Below are positions 1 through 11,295 of a stretch of DNA of 64,000 nucleotides, piece by piece. How positions within the stretch are numbered: the stretch's first letter is position 1; each line of letters begins with the position of its first letter. A model generated the notes under the pieces. That model searched no databases. It was not told where the DNA came from and worked only from the letters and a program-made list of their open reading frames with translations. The position numbers were made by a program, and so were the translations under genes. The DNA lies in contig CAVUSO010000001.1 in the NCBI GenBank assembly GCA_963744145.1, positions 1,248,001-1,312,000 on the forward strand, written 5' to 3'. This DNA is from an uncultured cyanobacterium (GTDB lineage Bacteria > Cyanobacteriota > Cyanobacteriia > Cyanobacteriales > CAWUOF01).

Positions 1-331
1 TTATATTAGTTAATTGTAAACACTGCACTTTACTTGGCAATGCCTTAGCTAACTGGGTTAAAATTTTTTGAGCTTGCTCATTAGCACCAGGCTGGATCAG
101 GGAAATCTGACTAGCTGCGATTAAATTAGCCTTCAAGTTTTGAATAGTATCAAGAATACCATCTGCCTTTTTGACGGCGCTTTCAGTGAGATTGAGATGG
201 GCTGTATCGAGGAGACTTTTGCGAGCCGTATGGTAGGTGACATATTCTCCTACCAGTAGAATTGGTACACTCAAAAGTAAAATCCACGACAGCAGGATTC
301 GACGAAAAGAGGTTTGACCGAATTTAGCCAT
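1..331 (-). CDS. 5' part of a probable membrane sensor histidine kinase (runs off the window edge)
   Basis: Manual translation MAKFGQTSFRRILLSWILLLSVPILLVGEYVTYHTARKSLLDTAHLNLTESAVKK: an N-terminal TM segment resembling cyanobacterial sensor kinases. The catalytic part is not in the window. Confidence 0.55.
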   Translation of the reverse strand, partial: MAKFGQTSFRRILLSWILLLSVPILLVGEYVTYHTARKSLLDTAHLNLTESAVKKADGILDTIQNLKANLIAASQISLIQPGANEQAQKILTQLAKALPSKVQCLQLTNI

Positions 332-443
332 AGAAAGCCCCGCGATGAGGGGGTGCAAGACCCAACTCCGAATAGTTCAATTGATGTAGGAAAGCGGACA
401 TCTACCTAACATTAGAATATACCTGGTTAGATCAAATTTTTAT

Positions 444-1160
444 ATGACTGGCAATCACTTAAATCGGCCCACAAGCCTTGTGGTCTTAGCCATGAGTGCT
501 GATGGCAAAATTGCTGACATCAATCGAGCCGCATTTCGGTTTGGGTCCCGGGTAGATTATATCCACTTAGAAACCCAAGTAGCTGAAGCTGATGGTGTAT
601 TACTGGGTGCTACTACTCTCCGATCGGTCGGATCAACGATCGTAGTTAGTCATCCAGAATTAATTAAACAACGCCAGCAGCAGGGAAAACCACTTCAACC
701 TGTTCACATTATTTGTTCCCGTTCAGGAAATCTTGACCAAGGATTACGTTTTTTTCAGCAACCCGTACCCCGATGGTTACTTACTACATTAACCTCAGCC
801 GAGCGTTGGCAAGGGTTACCAGCATTCGAGCAAATTTTGACCTTTGAAACCCCCCAACCAGAGATTGACTGGCTCAAAACTTGGGAATACTTAGCCGAGA
901 TGGGCTTAAAAAAATTGGCGATTTTGGGAGGTGGACAATTAGTTAGCTCTCTGCTAGCACTAGATTTGATTGACGAATTTTACCTCACGATCTGCCCTGT
1001 AATTTTAGGAGGTAGAGATGCACCAACACCAGTAGATGGCAACGGATTTTTAGCTACCATTGCTCCTCGCTTAGAACTATTAAAAGTTCAAACGGTTGAA
1101 CAAGAGGTTTTTTTACACTATCGTCTCCACCGATCAGATAATTCGATTAATCTAAATTAA
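444..1160 (+). CDS. RibD C-terminal domain (pyrimidine reductase/DHFR-like) protein
   Basis: AMSADGKI, GATTLR, LGGGQL and LIDEFYLTICPVILGG motifs. Confidence 0.85.
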   Translation: MTGNHLNRPTSLVVLAMSADGKIADINRAAFRFGSRVDYIHLETQVAEADGVLLGATTLRSVGSTIVVSHPELIKQRQQQGKPLQPVHIICSRSGNLDQGLRFFQQPVPRWLLTTLTSAERWQGLPAFEQILTFETPQPEIDWLKTWEYLAEMGLKKLAILGGGQLVSSLLALDLIDEFYLTICPVILGGRDAPTPVDGNGFLATIAPRLELLKVQTVEQEVFLHYRLHRSDNSINLN

Positions 1161-1199
1161 ATCGCGGACATTCGTGCCAATTAAGGAATTTCCCAAAAT

Positions 1200-2372
1200 A
1201 TGGTGGAACAGCTAAAACCTCGCTATTCGGTAGCTTGGATCAGCCAAATTGCCCAAGTACCTCAGATCGCCTGGAATGAATTGGCGTTACCATTACAAAC
1301 ACCCTTCTTAGAATGGGAATGGCTTCATCATCTCGAAACCTCTGGTAGCACCACTGGTCAAACTGGTTGGTTACCCCAGCATCTGACCGTTTGGCGCGAT
1401 CGCCAATTGATTGGCGCAGCTCCTTTGTATGTCAAAAGTCATAGCTATGGAGAATTTGTCTTTGACCATCAATGGGCTGAGTTAGCCCAGCGTTTGGACA
1501 TCGAATATTATCCCAAACTATTAGGGATGAGTCCAGTTACACCGGTGACGGGCTATCGATTTTTAATCGCTCCAGGAGAAAATGAAGCCGAAATTACTGG
1601 TTTGATGGTAGCAGCAATTGACCATTTTTGCGATCGCCATCAAATTTCTAGTTGTCATTTTCTCTATGTTGATCCACAATGGCAACCAACGATCGCTGCT
1701 CAGGGTTTTACTAGCTGGCTACACCATAGTTATATTTGGCAGAATCATGGATTCCAAACTTTTGATGATTATTTAGGTGTTTTTAACGCTAACCAACGTC
1801 GAAATATTAAACGTGAACGTAAAGCGGTCGAAAAAGCTGGGATTCAACTACGTGCTTTCACGGGAGAAGAAATTCCCCATTCGTTTTTTTCTTTAATGTA
1901 TAACTTTTACGAAAATACTTGTGACAAATTTGGTTGGTGGGGTAGTAAATATCTCACCCGCAAATTTTTTGACCAGTTGTCCCATAATTATCGTCATCGG
2001 GTGTTATTTATTAGTGCATATAACCAACAAGACCCAAGAGAGCCGATGGGAATGTCCTTTTGTATTACTAAAGGTGATCAACTCTACGGACGCTATTGGG
2101 GTAGCTTTCAAGAAATTGACTGTTTACATTTTGATGCTTGCTACTACACACCGATTGAATGGGCAATTAATCAAGGAATTGAAACTTTCGACCCGGGAGC
2201 TGGTGGACATCATAAAAAAAGGCGTGGTTTTGCTGCTAGCCCTAATCAAAGTATGCACCGATTTTATCATCCCCGTCTCGCGCAAATTTTGCTTCCTTAT
2301 ATCAGCAAAGTTAATGAAATGGAACAGCAAGAAATAGACGCTATTAATCAAGAATTACCTTTTAAAAACTAA
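1200..2372 (+). CDS. FemAB-like GNAT family protein (DUF482)
   Basis: PLYVKSHSYGEFVFDHQWA, LYGRYWG, LHFDACYY and GAGGHHKKRRGF motifs. Confidence 0.9.
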   Translation: MVEQLKPRYSVAWISQIAQVPQIAWNELALPLQTPFLEWEWLHHLETSGSTTGQTGWLPQHLTVWRDRQLIGAAPLYVKSHSYGEFVFDHQWAELAQRLDIEYYPKLLGMSPVTPVTGYRFLIAPGENEAEITGLMVAAIDHFCDRHQISSCHFLYVDPQWQPTIAAQGFTSWLHHSYIWQNHGFQTFDDYLGVFNANQRRNIKRERKAVEKAGIQLRAFTGEEIPHSFFSLMYNFYENTCDKFGWWGSKYLTRKFFDQLSHNYRHRVLFISAYNQQDPREPMGMSFCITKGDQLYGRYWGSFQEIDCLHFDACYYTPIEWAINQGIETFDPGAGGHHKKRRGFAASPNQSMHRFYHPRLAQILLPYISKVNEMEQQEIDAINQELPFKN

Positions 2373-2440
2373 TGTAAAAATCGGGAACTGTTTGAGCAAC
2401 CATCAATGGTAAATATAACTTATGCGAATTTAGGACAACC

Positions 2441-4405
2441 GTGATCTCCAAGTTTTTTCATCAGAGCAAGGGTTTATGGCCAACCTTGCAGGGGTTGGGA
2501 ATTGTCGCGATCGCTTCTTTTACGGTCACGGGTGGGATTTATGCTGCTAACTATTTTTTTGGGCTCCAGTGGTTGGAATTACCAATTTACGATCGCCTGG
2601 TTCGTTGGCGTAGTGACCCCCATCCTGATCCGCGTCTTTTAGTGGTAGAAATTAATGAACCAGATATTCGGAGACTGGGAACTCCTCTTTCGGATCACTT
2701 AATTGCTCAGACCTTAGCACAGTTACAGAAATATCAACCGAAAGTCATTGGGTTAGACATCTTTCGTGATATTCCTATCAAAGAAGGTTATCGAGAGTTA
2801 GCCAGGCAATTTGCTCAACCGAATGTAATTGGGATTCGTCAGATTGATAAGGTCAAAGGAGTACCTGCACCGAAAAGTTTATCACCTAAACAAGTAGGTT
2901 TTAACGATATCACTCTTGATAGTGATGGTACGGTGCGTCGCAATTTAATATTTGCCTGGAATGAGGAAGGTATCCACTATTCTTTTGCCCTCAGACAAGC
3001 ACTATTATATCTGAAGGCTCAAGGAATTACACCCAACCCAAGTAAGATTAATCCTAAATATATGCAATTGGGGAAAGCCGTATTTTTTCCCCTCGAAGGA
3101 AATGTGGGAGTTTATCAAAAAAATGAAACTGGTGGCTACCAAATTATTCTCAATTACCGTGCTGGTAAAAATATCGCCAAGCGCGTATCTGTGACAGATG
3201 TTTTAAATGGAAAAGTGCCGCCAGAATTGGTACATGATAAAATTGTCTTGATTGGCACCACAGCCCTAAGTGTACGAGATATTTTTTTTACTCCCTATAG
3301 TGCCGCAGAAGAAGAAAATCCGAGAATGGCTGGAGTTTTAGTTCATGCTCAGATGGTGAGCCAGATTCTGAGTACAGTTCTTGATGGTCGTCCTTTAATC
3401 TGGTTTTGGCCAAAATGGGGAGAGTGGGTGTGGATTTTGGGCTGGTCAATGATTGGAGGTACTTTAGGGTGGAAATGTCGTCATCCCCTGATCTTAGGAT
3501 TAAGTGCTAGTACAATTTTGGCTGGATTAGGCTTGATCTCCTTTGAGATTTTTCAGCAATCAGGATGGATACCTGTAGGTACTCCAGTCATTACTTATCT
3601 CGCTACAGGTGCATTTGGTGTGGTTTATCAAGCTTATGAAAATCAAAGAAAACAAAAAATTGTGATGCGACTATTGGGTCAAAATACTTCTCCAGAAATT
3701 GCCAAAGCACTCTGGAATAGTCGCGATCGCTTGCTCCATTCAGGGAAACTACCTGGTCAAAAACTGACCGCTACGATGATGTTTACTGATTTAAAGGACT
3801 TCAGTACCATTTCCGAACTTATGCCCCCAGAAAAGTTAATGGAGTGGTTAAATGAACTGCTCTCCGTCCTAAGCACGGAAGTAACTCGTTACCAAGGTAT
3901 TATCAACAAATTTACTGGGGATGGAGTAATGGCTGTGTTTGGTGTCCCTGTGGCCCGGACTAGCCCCGCAGAAATTGCCAGTGATGCCCAAAGAGCTTGT
4001 TTATGTGCATTAGCGATGAGCGATCGCTTAGTCGAATTAAATCGCGATTGGCAAGAGCGTGGTTTACCAGTTATCCAAATGAGAATTGGCATTTATACTG
4101 GACCAATTGTAGCTGGGAGTTTGGGGGGTAAAGAGCGTTTAGAGTATGGTGTAATTGGCGATAGTGTGAATATTGCTTCTCGCTTAGAAAGTTGCGAAAA
4201 AGACCGTCAACCAAGTATCTGTCGAATTTTAATTGGTCACGACACTTTCATCCATATTCAGGAGCAGTTTTTGCTGGAATCTTGGGGACCTTTGGCTTTG
4301 AAAGGTAAACAACAGATGGTGGAAGTCTACCGCATTATTGCTCAAAAGGTTCAAGCTGACCCTGAGGTAAAAACCTCAGGGGAAAATACCAGAAGGAAAA
4401 AATAA
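2441..4405 (+). CDS. CHASE2-domain adenylate/guanylate cyclase
   Basis: CHASE2 motifs (GLDIFRD, DSDGTVRR, GVLVHAQ), three TM helices, class III cyclase motifs FTDLKDFS, KFTGDGVMAVFG, GDSVNIASRLES. Confidence 0.92.
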   Translation: MISKFFHQSKGLWPTLQGLGIVAIASFTVTGGIYAANYFFGLQWLELPIYDRLVRWRSDPHPDPRLLVVEINEPDIRRLGTPLSDHLIAQTLAQLQKYQPKVIGLDIFRDIPIKEGYRELARQFAQPNVIGIRQIDKVKGVPAPKSLSPKQVGFNDITLDSDGTVRRNLIFAWNEEGIHYSFALRQALLYLKAQGITPNPSKINPKYMQLGKAVFFPLEGNVGVYQKNETGGYQIILNYRAGKNIAKRVSVTDVLNGKVPPELVHDKIVLIGTTALSVRDIFFTPYSAAEEENPRMAGVLVHAQMVSQILSTVLDGRPLIWFWPKWGEWVWILGWSMIGGTLGWKCRHPLILGLSASTILAGLGLISFEIFQQSGWIPVGTPVITYLATGAFGVVYQAYENQRKQKIVMRLLGQNTSPEIAKALWNSRDRLLHSGKLPGQKLTATMMFTDLKDFSTISELMPPEKLMEWLNELLSVLSTEVTRYQGIINKFTGDGVMAVFGVPVARTSPAEIASDAQRACLCALAMSDRLVELNRDWQERGLPVIQMRIGIYTGPIVAGSLGGKERLEYGVIGDSVNIASRLESCEKDRQPSICRILIGHDTFIHIQEQFLLESWGPLALKGKQQMVEVYRIIAQKVQADPEVKTSGENTRRKK

Positions 4406-4425
4406 ATCCCCTCCTGGTATAATGA

Positions 4426-5583
4426 TTATTTTTTCAGTTTATCCAACAGTTCTTCCGTTTTTTTCAACTCTTCAGTTTGGTTCTGCTGACGATAAAGATC
4501 ACGGGCTTTTTTCAAAGCATCGATCGCCTCTGATTTGTGTTCTTGTCCTTGCAACGCTAACCCCAAATTATAGTAAGCACCAGCATTTTCAGGATACATT
4601 TGGGTCAATTGACGATAAATAACAGTGGCATTTAAAAAATCTTTTTGCTGAAGCAAAATATCGCCTACACCGGCTTGAGCTGCTAATAGTTTGGGATTAA
4701 TTTGAACAGCTTTTTTATAGGCTTCTAAAGCATTAGGAAGGTCGTTTTCAGCTTGTCTAATTTTGCCAATTTGGAGATACAATTCGGCATTATTTGGCTC
4801 CAGCATCGCCACATTTTCAAAAGCTAATCGCGCTTTTTCAAAATTACCTTGTTTCAGCCAAGCACTACCTAACATAAGTTGGATCGTAACTTTTTTGGGA
4901 TCAATTTCCGCAGCTTGTTGGAGTGGCACAAGCGCTTCTTGGGCTCGTCCCTGCTTGAGCAGCATTGCTCCCATCGTTTCATAAGCTTGGGTGTTTGTCC
5001 CATCAATAGCGATCACTTGAGTTAAAGCATTTAAAGCGCCATTAAAATCTGATTGACGGAATAAGACTGTACTTAGACCAAAATAAGCATTGAGGTTTTT
5101 GGGCGCTAAATGGGTGGCTTCCCGATAGGCACTAGCTGCACCTACATTATCACCACTATTAGCCAAACTATACCCAAGTGCATACTGAAAATCGGCATTT
5201 TTTGGATCGATCGCAATAGCTTTTCGATAAGAAGCAACCGATTCAGGAAATTTGCCCTGACGAGCCTGAATATAGCCAATCCCGGAAAAAATCCGGGCAT
5301 TTTTACTATCTAAGATCGCAGCTTGTTGATAAAGAGCTAAAGCCCCATCAAGATCGCCACGCTCCACCAATTTATGTCCGTCTCTGAGAATTTTACTAAG
5401 ATCTGGGTGACTGGGAGGAGCAGTTGTTTCCGGTGATGGTTGGGCTACCCCGATCAAGGGATGGAGGAGGGGGAATCCTGTGAACCACAGGAGAGCAAGT
5501 AGAAATAGAGGTTGCTTTACCACGGCCAATTTTCTCTCATTTTTTCCGCAATACCTCAGTGGTACGATCGCCAAGATTGACAA
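4426..5583 (-). CDS. Tetratricopeptide repeat protein, likely exported (true start may be near 5523)
   Basis: Multiple 34-aa TPR units after a hydrophobic signal-like segment. Confidence 0.85.
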   Translation of the reverse strand: MSILAIVPLRYCGKNERKLAVVKQPLFLLALLWFTGFPLLHPLIGVAQPSPETTAPPSHPDLSKILRDGHKLVERGDLDGALALYQQAAILDSKNARIFSGIGYIQARQGKFPESVASYRKAIAIDPKNADFQYALGYSLANSGDNVGAASAYREATHLAPKNLNAYFGLSTVLFRQSDFNGALNALTQVIAIDGTNTQAYETMGAMLLKQGRAQEALVPLQQAAEIDPKKVTIQLMLGSAWLKQGNFEKARLAFENVAMLEPNNAELYLQIGKIRQAENDLPNALEAYKKAVQINPKLLAAQAGVGDILLQQKDFLNATVIYRQLTQMYPENAGAYYNLGLALQGQEHKSEAIDALKKARDLYRQQNQTEELKKTEELLDKLKK

Positions 5584-6026
5584 TCAGGATAACTGAGGAT
5601 CGTGGTTGATTTTAACAACAACTGTGAATATCCGGTAATGGCCCAGATCAGCCGCTAGAAAAGCTCTGTTAAGCAGATGTTATTCCTAAAGAATTACTAA
5701 TCATGCCTACAAGCAGGTTAGAATGAAGCGTTGTAAGTTATTGCAGGTTGAATATGGCCAATTAAATGATTGTGAAAACAGAGTTTTTTACTCCTAGATG
5801 GCACCGATCTATCAGTGTGGCTAGAAAAAGTTAGGTAAATTTCAGTAAAATCTAGTTACTTTCTGTCTCATACTCATAAATCAGGGTTGCTGGAAACCGA
5901 TGATTGATTTCTTTAAAAAAAACTACATCTGTTTCTGGCCAACTAGCTTGATTATATCTAAATATTTATCAGGCTCTTTTATCCGTTTATTTAGTTTTAC
6001 TCAATTCTTGGAGCAAAGTTGTAGTC

Positions 6027-6743
6027 ATGGCTCCCCCAAAGATTCTTGTTGTTGACGATGACAGCGCCATCCGGAATTTAATTTACCGGTACTTAAGTAA
6101 ACAAGAGTATCAATTAGAGTCTGCCGAAGATGGTAAGACGGCGATCGCCATGTTTGAGCAATTTAATCCAGATGTAGTCATCCTGGACGTGAATTTACCA
6201 GATACCACTGGTTATAAACTTTGTCAACAAATGCAGAGTCGTACAGGTGTGTTTGTGTTGATGCTGACTAGCCGCAAAGACGAAGCTGATATTATGGAAG
6301 GCTTTGATAAAGGTGCGGACGATTACCTAACTAAGCCATTTAGTTTAGTTGTTTTAGGGGCTAGGGTAGCAGCACTGTTAAAACGTCAGCGTCCAGTCAC
6401 GGTAGCAGAACAGCAAAGTTTATCTTTTGCCAATCTCTTCATCGACCCAGTCCGTCGTGAAGTGACTCTGAACAACCAAATTGTTGGTCTTACTGCCCTA
6501 GAATTTGATTTGCTTCATTTTTTGGCTAGTCATCCTGGGCGAGTTTGGCGCAGACAAGAACTACTTCATCAAGTCTGGGACTATGAATATGTAGGGGATC
6601 AGCGGGTGGTTGATGTTCATATTGGCCAAATCCGCCGGAAGATTGAGATCGATGTCAATATGCCGTCCTTAATTCAAACCGTCAGAGGAGTGGGCTACAA
6701 GTTCGATCCACCCGAAGCTAATCAACGGGAAGATGCAGGGTGA
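6027..6743 (+). CDS. OmpR-family response regulator
   Basis: REC domain (VVDDD, LDVNLP, GADDYLTKPF) plus winged helix (VDVHIGQIRRKIE, TVRGVGY). Confidence 0.95.
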   Translation: MAPPKILVVDDDSAIRNLIYRYLSKQEYQLESAEDGKTAIAMFEQFNPDVVILDVNLPDTTGYKLCQQMQSRTGVFVLMLTSRKDEADIMEGFDKGADDYLTKPFSLVVLGARVAALLKRQRPVTVAEQQSLSFANLFIDPVRREVTLNNQIVGLTALEFDLLHFLASHPGRVWRRQELLHQVWDYEYVGDQRVVDVHIGQIRRKIEIDVNMPSLIQTVRGVGYKFDPPEANQREDAG

Positions 6744-6838
6744 GTGAGCAGGATGCTCAGTTTTAATGGCTAATTCTTTATGTCGATTAGCCATTAAATA
6801 CCAATAATCAACCAGGAACTATAAACTAAAAAACCTAT

Positions 6839-7063
6839 TTAGGCTGAGTGCTGAAATAGAGTTTCTAAATAAACTCGGGCTGCACAACGATAGCTAATCG
6901 ACGCTTCTGGTGTCTGACCATTGCCATTTTGCAGCAAAAACAGGGATAAAGCCGCCGCAAAAACTCGATCTTGATCCCAGTCTGGATGGGATTCTAAATA
7001 GTTTTTGAGTGATTCGAGCAATTCTTCAGGAATTTCGGCCAGGATACTTACGCTTGCTTTCAT
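6839..7063 (-). CDS. DUF2811 family protein
   Basis: AEIPEEL...YLESHPDWDQDRVFAAALSLFLLQNG signature. Confidence 0.8.
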   Translation of the reverse strand: MKASVSILAEIPEELLESLKNYLESHPDWDQDRVFAAALSLFLLQNGNGQTPEASISYRCAARVYLETLFQHSA

Positions 7064-7434
7064 GGAAATACTCCTATGGTGAATTAGTAGAGTAACCTTG
7101 TTTCAATGGTTGACCAGAAACCAAGGTACTCACACCACACCAATTCAATTTCTTTGTGGATCGCTTGACCGATAGGACAAATTGGTGGGTGCAAATTGGC
7201 AATTAGTTTTTTACTGGTAGTCGCATCATTGTGCGCTATCAGGGGGTAGGGTTGTCAATGCTGAGAAATGTTGCAAATCGCTTTATCTACAAAAAAAATT
7301 AACGAGAGCATCAGCATTTGAGACCGATTTCTGTTACATAACTTCATGAAAACGGGCCGATATCCAGCGATTTATTTGCCGATCGGGAAAAATCCCCAGT
7401 CTGATTGAGAATAGTGATATCAGCGTTCTTTGCT

Positions 7435-7517
7435 TGTGGAAAACTTTGCTATACCTGTGGAAAACCTCAAACTCATTTGTGGAAACTTTGTGGAAACTTT
7501 GTGGAAGTTGTGGGGAA
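7435..7517. promoter_or_regulatory. Cluster of co-oriented DnaA boxes (cyanobacterial TTTTCCACA type)
   Basis: TGTGGAAAA at 7435 and 7456, TGTGGAAAC at 7478 and 7489, TGTGGAAGT at 7500, degenerate box at 7509; spacing of about 11 or 22 bp; AT-rich DNA follows. Confidence 0.7.
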
Positions 7518-8274
7518 AATGATCGGAAAAAATAAGAATTGCAAAAGTTTTCAAATTTAGATTTTTGGCGATCGCCTATTGTTTTTCGATTTTATGTATG
7601 CTATAAATACTTTATCCCTTTAATTTAATTACTAACCATAAATCTTTTGTACCAATAATGGACAATAACCAGATTGTTTTGAACCTCCTTTTAGTTGGCT
7701 TTGCTCAAAACAATTGCAGTGATGATGAACCTGGTCAGATTGATTAAACTGATCTGAATTATTGTCAATTGAAATGCTGATCAGATTAAGCGAGTTGGCT
7801 AGGCTGATCTTTAGCATTATTACTTAATTTATTAAGCTAGATCGCTTAAATTAGGATGGTGATTGAAAATTTTGAAATAGTCCATTTTTCTGGTAACCAA
7901 ATTAATATTTTTAAACCTTGACATAAAAATTATTTTTAATGAATAAAAGGTATTTTACATTACCAAAAATCTAGCAATTACACCAATGTTTTTTGTGTAA
8001 TATGCTTTTTCCCCTTTTTTAAATCTTAAGAGAATCTAAAGAATTAAAATAAATTAAAGTGAATTAGGTTAAAATCGATGTAATGCAAATAAACAAGCAA
8101 ATCAAATTAATTATTAAAATGATAAAAAAAATAAGCAATGGAGTAAGGTGATTTGGGCAATGCTTTGAGGTAAAAACAAACGCTAGACAGATATTAAAGT
8201 AGAAAATCCGAACTACTCTTGGTCAAACGACAAGAACCAGATGGGGAAAAATAAGTAAGCTAGGGAGATTTAGT

Positions 8275-10503
8275 ATGTCTACTACTGATATTAATCCAAT
8301 CTCAGATGTCAACTGGTATCGACAAATAAGTCAGAAAACTATTGGCTGGAAGACAGTGGTAGACGAAATAAATAACTCATCGATCATCGCTTCAATCCGT
8401 CAAGCTTTAGAGCGTCATCAATTACAAGGATTGCTCAAAGACAAATTACGCGAATTATATGCTAGTGAAAGTAGATTTCAAAATGTGATTGCCAAACTAG
8501 CTGATAGCATTGTTATTATTGATAGTAGCGGCATCGTTAATTTAGTTAATCCCGCAGCCACAACTTTATTTAACTGTCAACCTGAAGAATTAATTGGGCA
8601 AGAGTTTTTTGGGAAGCTGGTGAAAGAAAGGGTAGCTTGCGAAATAGAAACAGGTATTATTGCGAAAAAAGGAGAAGCAACTACATCAGATATTCGGGTA
8701 GTGCAAACTCAAGTAGAGGTAATGCGTCTAGGAGCAGAAAAAGCGATCGCGGAGATGCGGGTTGTGGAGACAGAGTGGGATGGTAACCTGGCTTTTATTG
8801 CCTCATTACGCGATATTACAGCTCGCAAAGCAGCCGAGGAAAAACTCCGGCAAACTACTTCGGAATTAACCGCAATTTTCCAAGCATTTCCAGATATTTT
8901 CTTTCAGTTAGATAGTCAGGGCATAATTTTAGATTACCAATCTGGGCAATTATCAGAAATCTACCTATCCCCCACCGAATTAATCAACCGCACCCTAACA
9001 GATGTACTACCGACAGAGATTAAGCATCAATTTGCTCAAGCGATCGCTCAGGTGAATGAAAGTAAATCCTTAGTAGCGATCGAGTATAGCTTAACTTTAC
9101 CAACGGGGATAAAACACTTTGAAGCGCGGTTATTACCATTGTTAGAAAACCAGATTATGGTAATTATCCGTGATATTACAGAACGGAAACAAGCGGAAGT
9201 AGCATTAAGACAAAGCGAAGCTAAATTTCACAAGTTAGTTGCTAATGTACCAGGAATGATTTATCAATTTCTCCGGCAAAAAGATGGGACGATCGCTTGG
9301 CCATTTATTAGCCCAATTTGTGAAGAAATTTATGAATTAACTCCAGCAGAAATTCAAGCAAATTCTCACTTACTATTAGAAGCAATTCATCCTGATGATC
9401 ATCATAGTTTTCATCGGTCACTGACCACCTCAGCCGAAAAGTTACAACCCTGGAATTGGGAAGGGCGAATTGTCACTAAATCTGGCAAAATCAAGTGGAT
9501 TGAAGGTGCGTCTCGTCCAGAATTACAAGCTAATGGTGATATCCTCTGGGATGGGTTAATTATGGATATTACTGAGCGTAAACGAGCTTCTGATGCTATC
9601 AGAGAATCAGAATTTCGGTTTCGGACTCAAGCACAAAAGTTAGAAACAACTTTGTCCCAGCTTAAGCAAACTCAAACTCAGTTAATTCAAACAGAAAAAA
9701 TGTCTAGTTTGGGACAGTTAGTTGCTGGTGTAGCTCATGAAATTAACAATCCGATTAGTTTTATTTACGGTAATCTTGCTCCAGCTAGCGAATATATCGA
9801 AGATTTGTTAAATCTAGTGGAGCTGTATAAGCAACATTATCCAGCACCGAACCGAGAAGTTCAAGACCAAATCGAAGCGATCGACCTAGATTTTATCATG
9901 GAAGATTTACCGAAATTAGTAGCTTCCATGAAATTGGGAGCTGATCGGATTCGGGAAATAGTTCTTTCCCTCCGGAATTTTTCTCGTTTAGATGAAGCGG
10001 AAATGAAACCCGTTGATATTCATGACGGGATTGATAGCACTTTGTTAATTTTACAAAATCGACTCAAAGCCAAACCCGATCATCCAGGAATTAAGATCCG
10101 TAAAGAATATGGCAAATTACCCCAGGTCGAGTGTTTTGCGGGTCAATTGAATCAGGTGTTTATGAATATTCTCGCTAACGGGATAGATGCTTTAGAAAGT
10201 GATCCAAAGTTGATTAATTCTCCCACTCATGTTCCGGAAATTAAGATTCAGACCGAAATATTAGAAAATCAGGTATTGATTCGGTTTGCTGATAATGGTC
10301 CAGGAATGACAGAAAAGGTGCGTAAATGTCTGTTTGATCCTTTCTTTACGACCAAACCTGTGGGTAAAGGTACAGGTTTAGGATTATCGATTAGTTATCA
10401 AATTGTTGTGGAAAAACATCATGGTATGATCGTCTGTAATTCTCAAGTTGGTCAAGGAACAGAGTTTGTGATTACTATTCCCCTGATTCGCGATCGACAG
10501 TGA
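8275..10503 (+). CDS. Multi-PAS sensor histidine kinase
   Basis: Three PAS/PAC units ending DITxRK, H-box VAHEINNP, N box NQVFMNILAN, G boxes DNGPG and GTGLGL. Confidence 0.93.
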   Translation: MSTTDINPISDVNWYRQISQKTIGWKTVVDEINNSSIIASIRQALERHQLQGLLKDKLRELYASESRFQNVIAKLADSIVIIDSSGIVNLVNPAATTLFNCQPEELIGQEFFGKLVKERVACEIETGIIAKKGEATTSDIRVVQTQVEVMRLGAEKAIAEMRVVETEWDGNLAFIASLRDITARKAAEEKLRQTTSELTAIFQAFPDIFFQLDSQGIILDYQSGQLSEIYLSPTELINRTLTDVLPTEIKHQFAQAIAQVNESKSLVAIEYSLTLPTGIKHFEARLLPLLENQIMVIIRDITERKQAEVALRQSEAKFHKLVANVPGMIYQFLRQKDGTIAWPFISPICEEIYELTPAEIQANSHLLLEAIHPDDHHSFHRSLTTSAEKLQPWNWEGRIVTKSGKIKWIEGASRPELQANGDILWDGLIMDITERKRASDAIRESEFRFRTQAQKLETTLSQLKQTQTQLIQTEKMSSLGQLVAGVAHEINNPISFIYGNLAPASEYIEDLLNLVELYKQHYPAPNREVQDQIEAIDLDFIMEDLPKLVASMKLGADRIREIVLSLRNFSRLDEAEMKPVDIHDGIDSTLLILQNRLKAKPDHPGIKIRKEYGKLPQVECFAGQLNQVFMNILANGIDALESDPKLINSPTHVPEIKIQTEILENQVLIRFADNGPGMTEKVRKCLFDPFFTTKPVGKGTGLGLSISYQIVVEKHHGMIVCNSQVGQGTEFVITIPLIRDRQ

Positions 10504-10562
10504 TAAAATATGCTCATGCAGTTCGAGTGGAACCAAGCCAAATATTTCATCCCCAAGGATAT

Positions 10563-11165
10563 TCAATGCTGTCGAATAGCGTTAACTAAGGTGCCTAATA
10601 TTTTTTTGATATCTTTAATATAGTATTCGCTTAAATCAATGGAAAGCAATTTTTGCTCTAATTTGAGAAATTGCCAAATTGTGCCGATCGTAATTACCCC
10701 ATAAATACTTTTAATTTCATTTCCTTTCTGTTCGTTAAATAACTGCGCTGCTACCATTTCAGCAATACATTGCGCTAATCCTAATTTGAGATTTTCATTC
10801 TTGGTTTCCACTACTGTTATCACTGGGGTGCAAATAAATAATTGTTCTTTTGATAAACTGATCATAAAATCACAAAACCCATTTAGACCTTGTTTGATAT
10901 CAACAGTAAAGTCTACTCCCGAAAATAAACTAATCTCATAATTAAATTTACGCCTAATTTCTAAGAGAATTGGACTAATGATCATTTCTGAACGAGCTTT
11001 TTCTGTATTAATTGCTACTGCTAAATCAACATTTTCCCTGAGAATAGTTGCCAATAAATTACTACATTCTTCTTCTGGTACATTAGCAAACATTCCCGAT
11101 GCTTCATTAATTGTTAGTTCAAACTTTTGAATTACTTCAGTTAATTTAAAATCGCTATAAGCCAT
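10563..11165 (-). CDS. Conserved cyanobacterial hypothetical protein, possibly restriction-endonuclease-like fold
   Basis: NTEKARSEMIISPIL, GLNGFCDF, VETK and QCIAEMVAA motifs. Confidence 0.7.
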   Translation of the reverse strand: MAYSDFKLTEVIQKFELTINEASGMFANVPEEECSNLLATILRENVDLAVAINTEKARSEMIISPILLEIRRKFNYEISLFSGVDFTVDIKQGLNGFCDFMISLSKEQLFICTPVITVVETKNENLKLGLAQCIAEMVAAQLFNEQKGNEIKSIYGVITIGTIWQFLKLEQKLLSIDLSEYYIKDIKKILGTLVNAIRQH

Positions 11166-11295
11166 TTTTATATATCCTAAAAATTATTCTACTAATCAGA
11201 TCAAAGAGCTTTCTGATGCTGGACGAGATTCAATGCTCAAATTATATTATAGTAGCAGCTCAATCTCCTGCATACTTTTAACACTTGGTCCCCCA

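Noticed and set aside
1921..5313. Overlapping small ORFs (e.g. 1921..2337, 3889..4092, 4763..4984)
   Set aside because: Shadow frames of well-supported genes.
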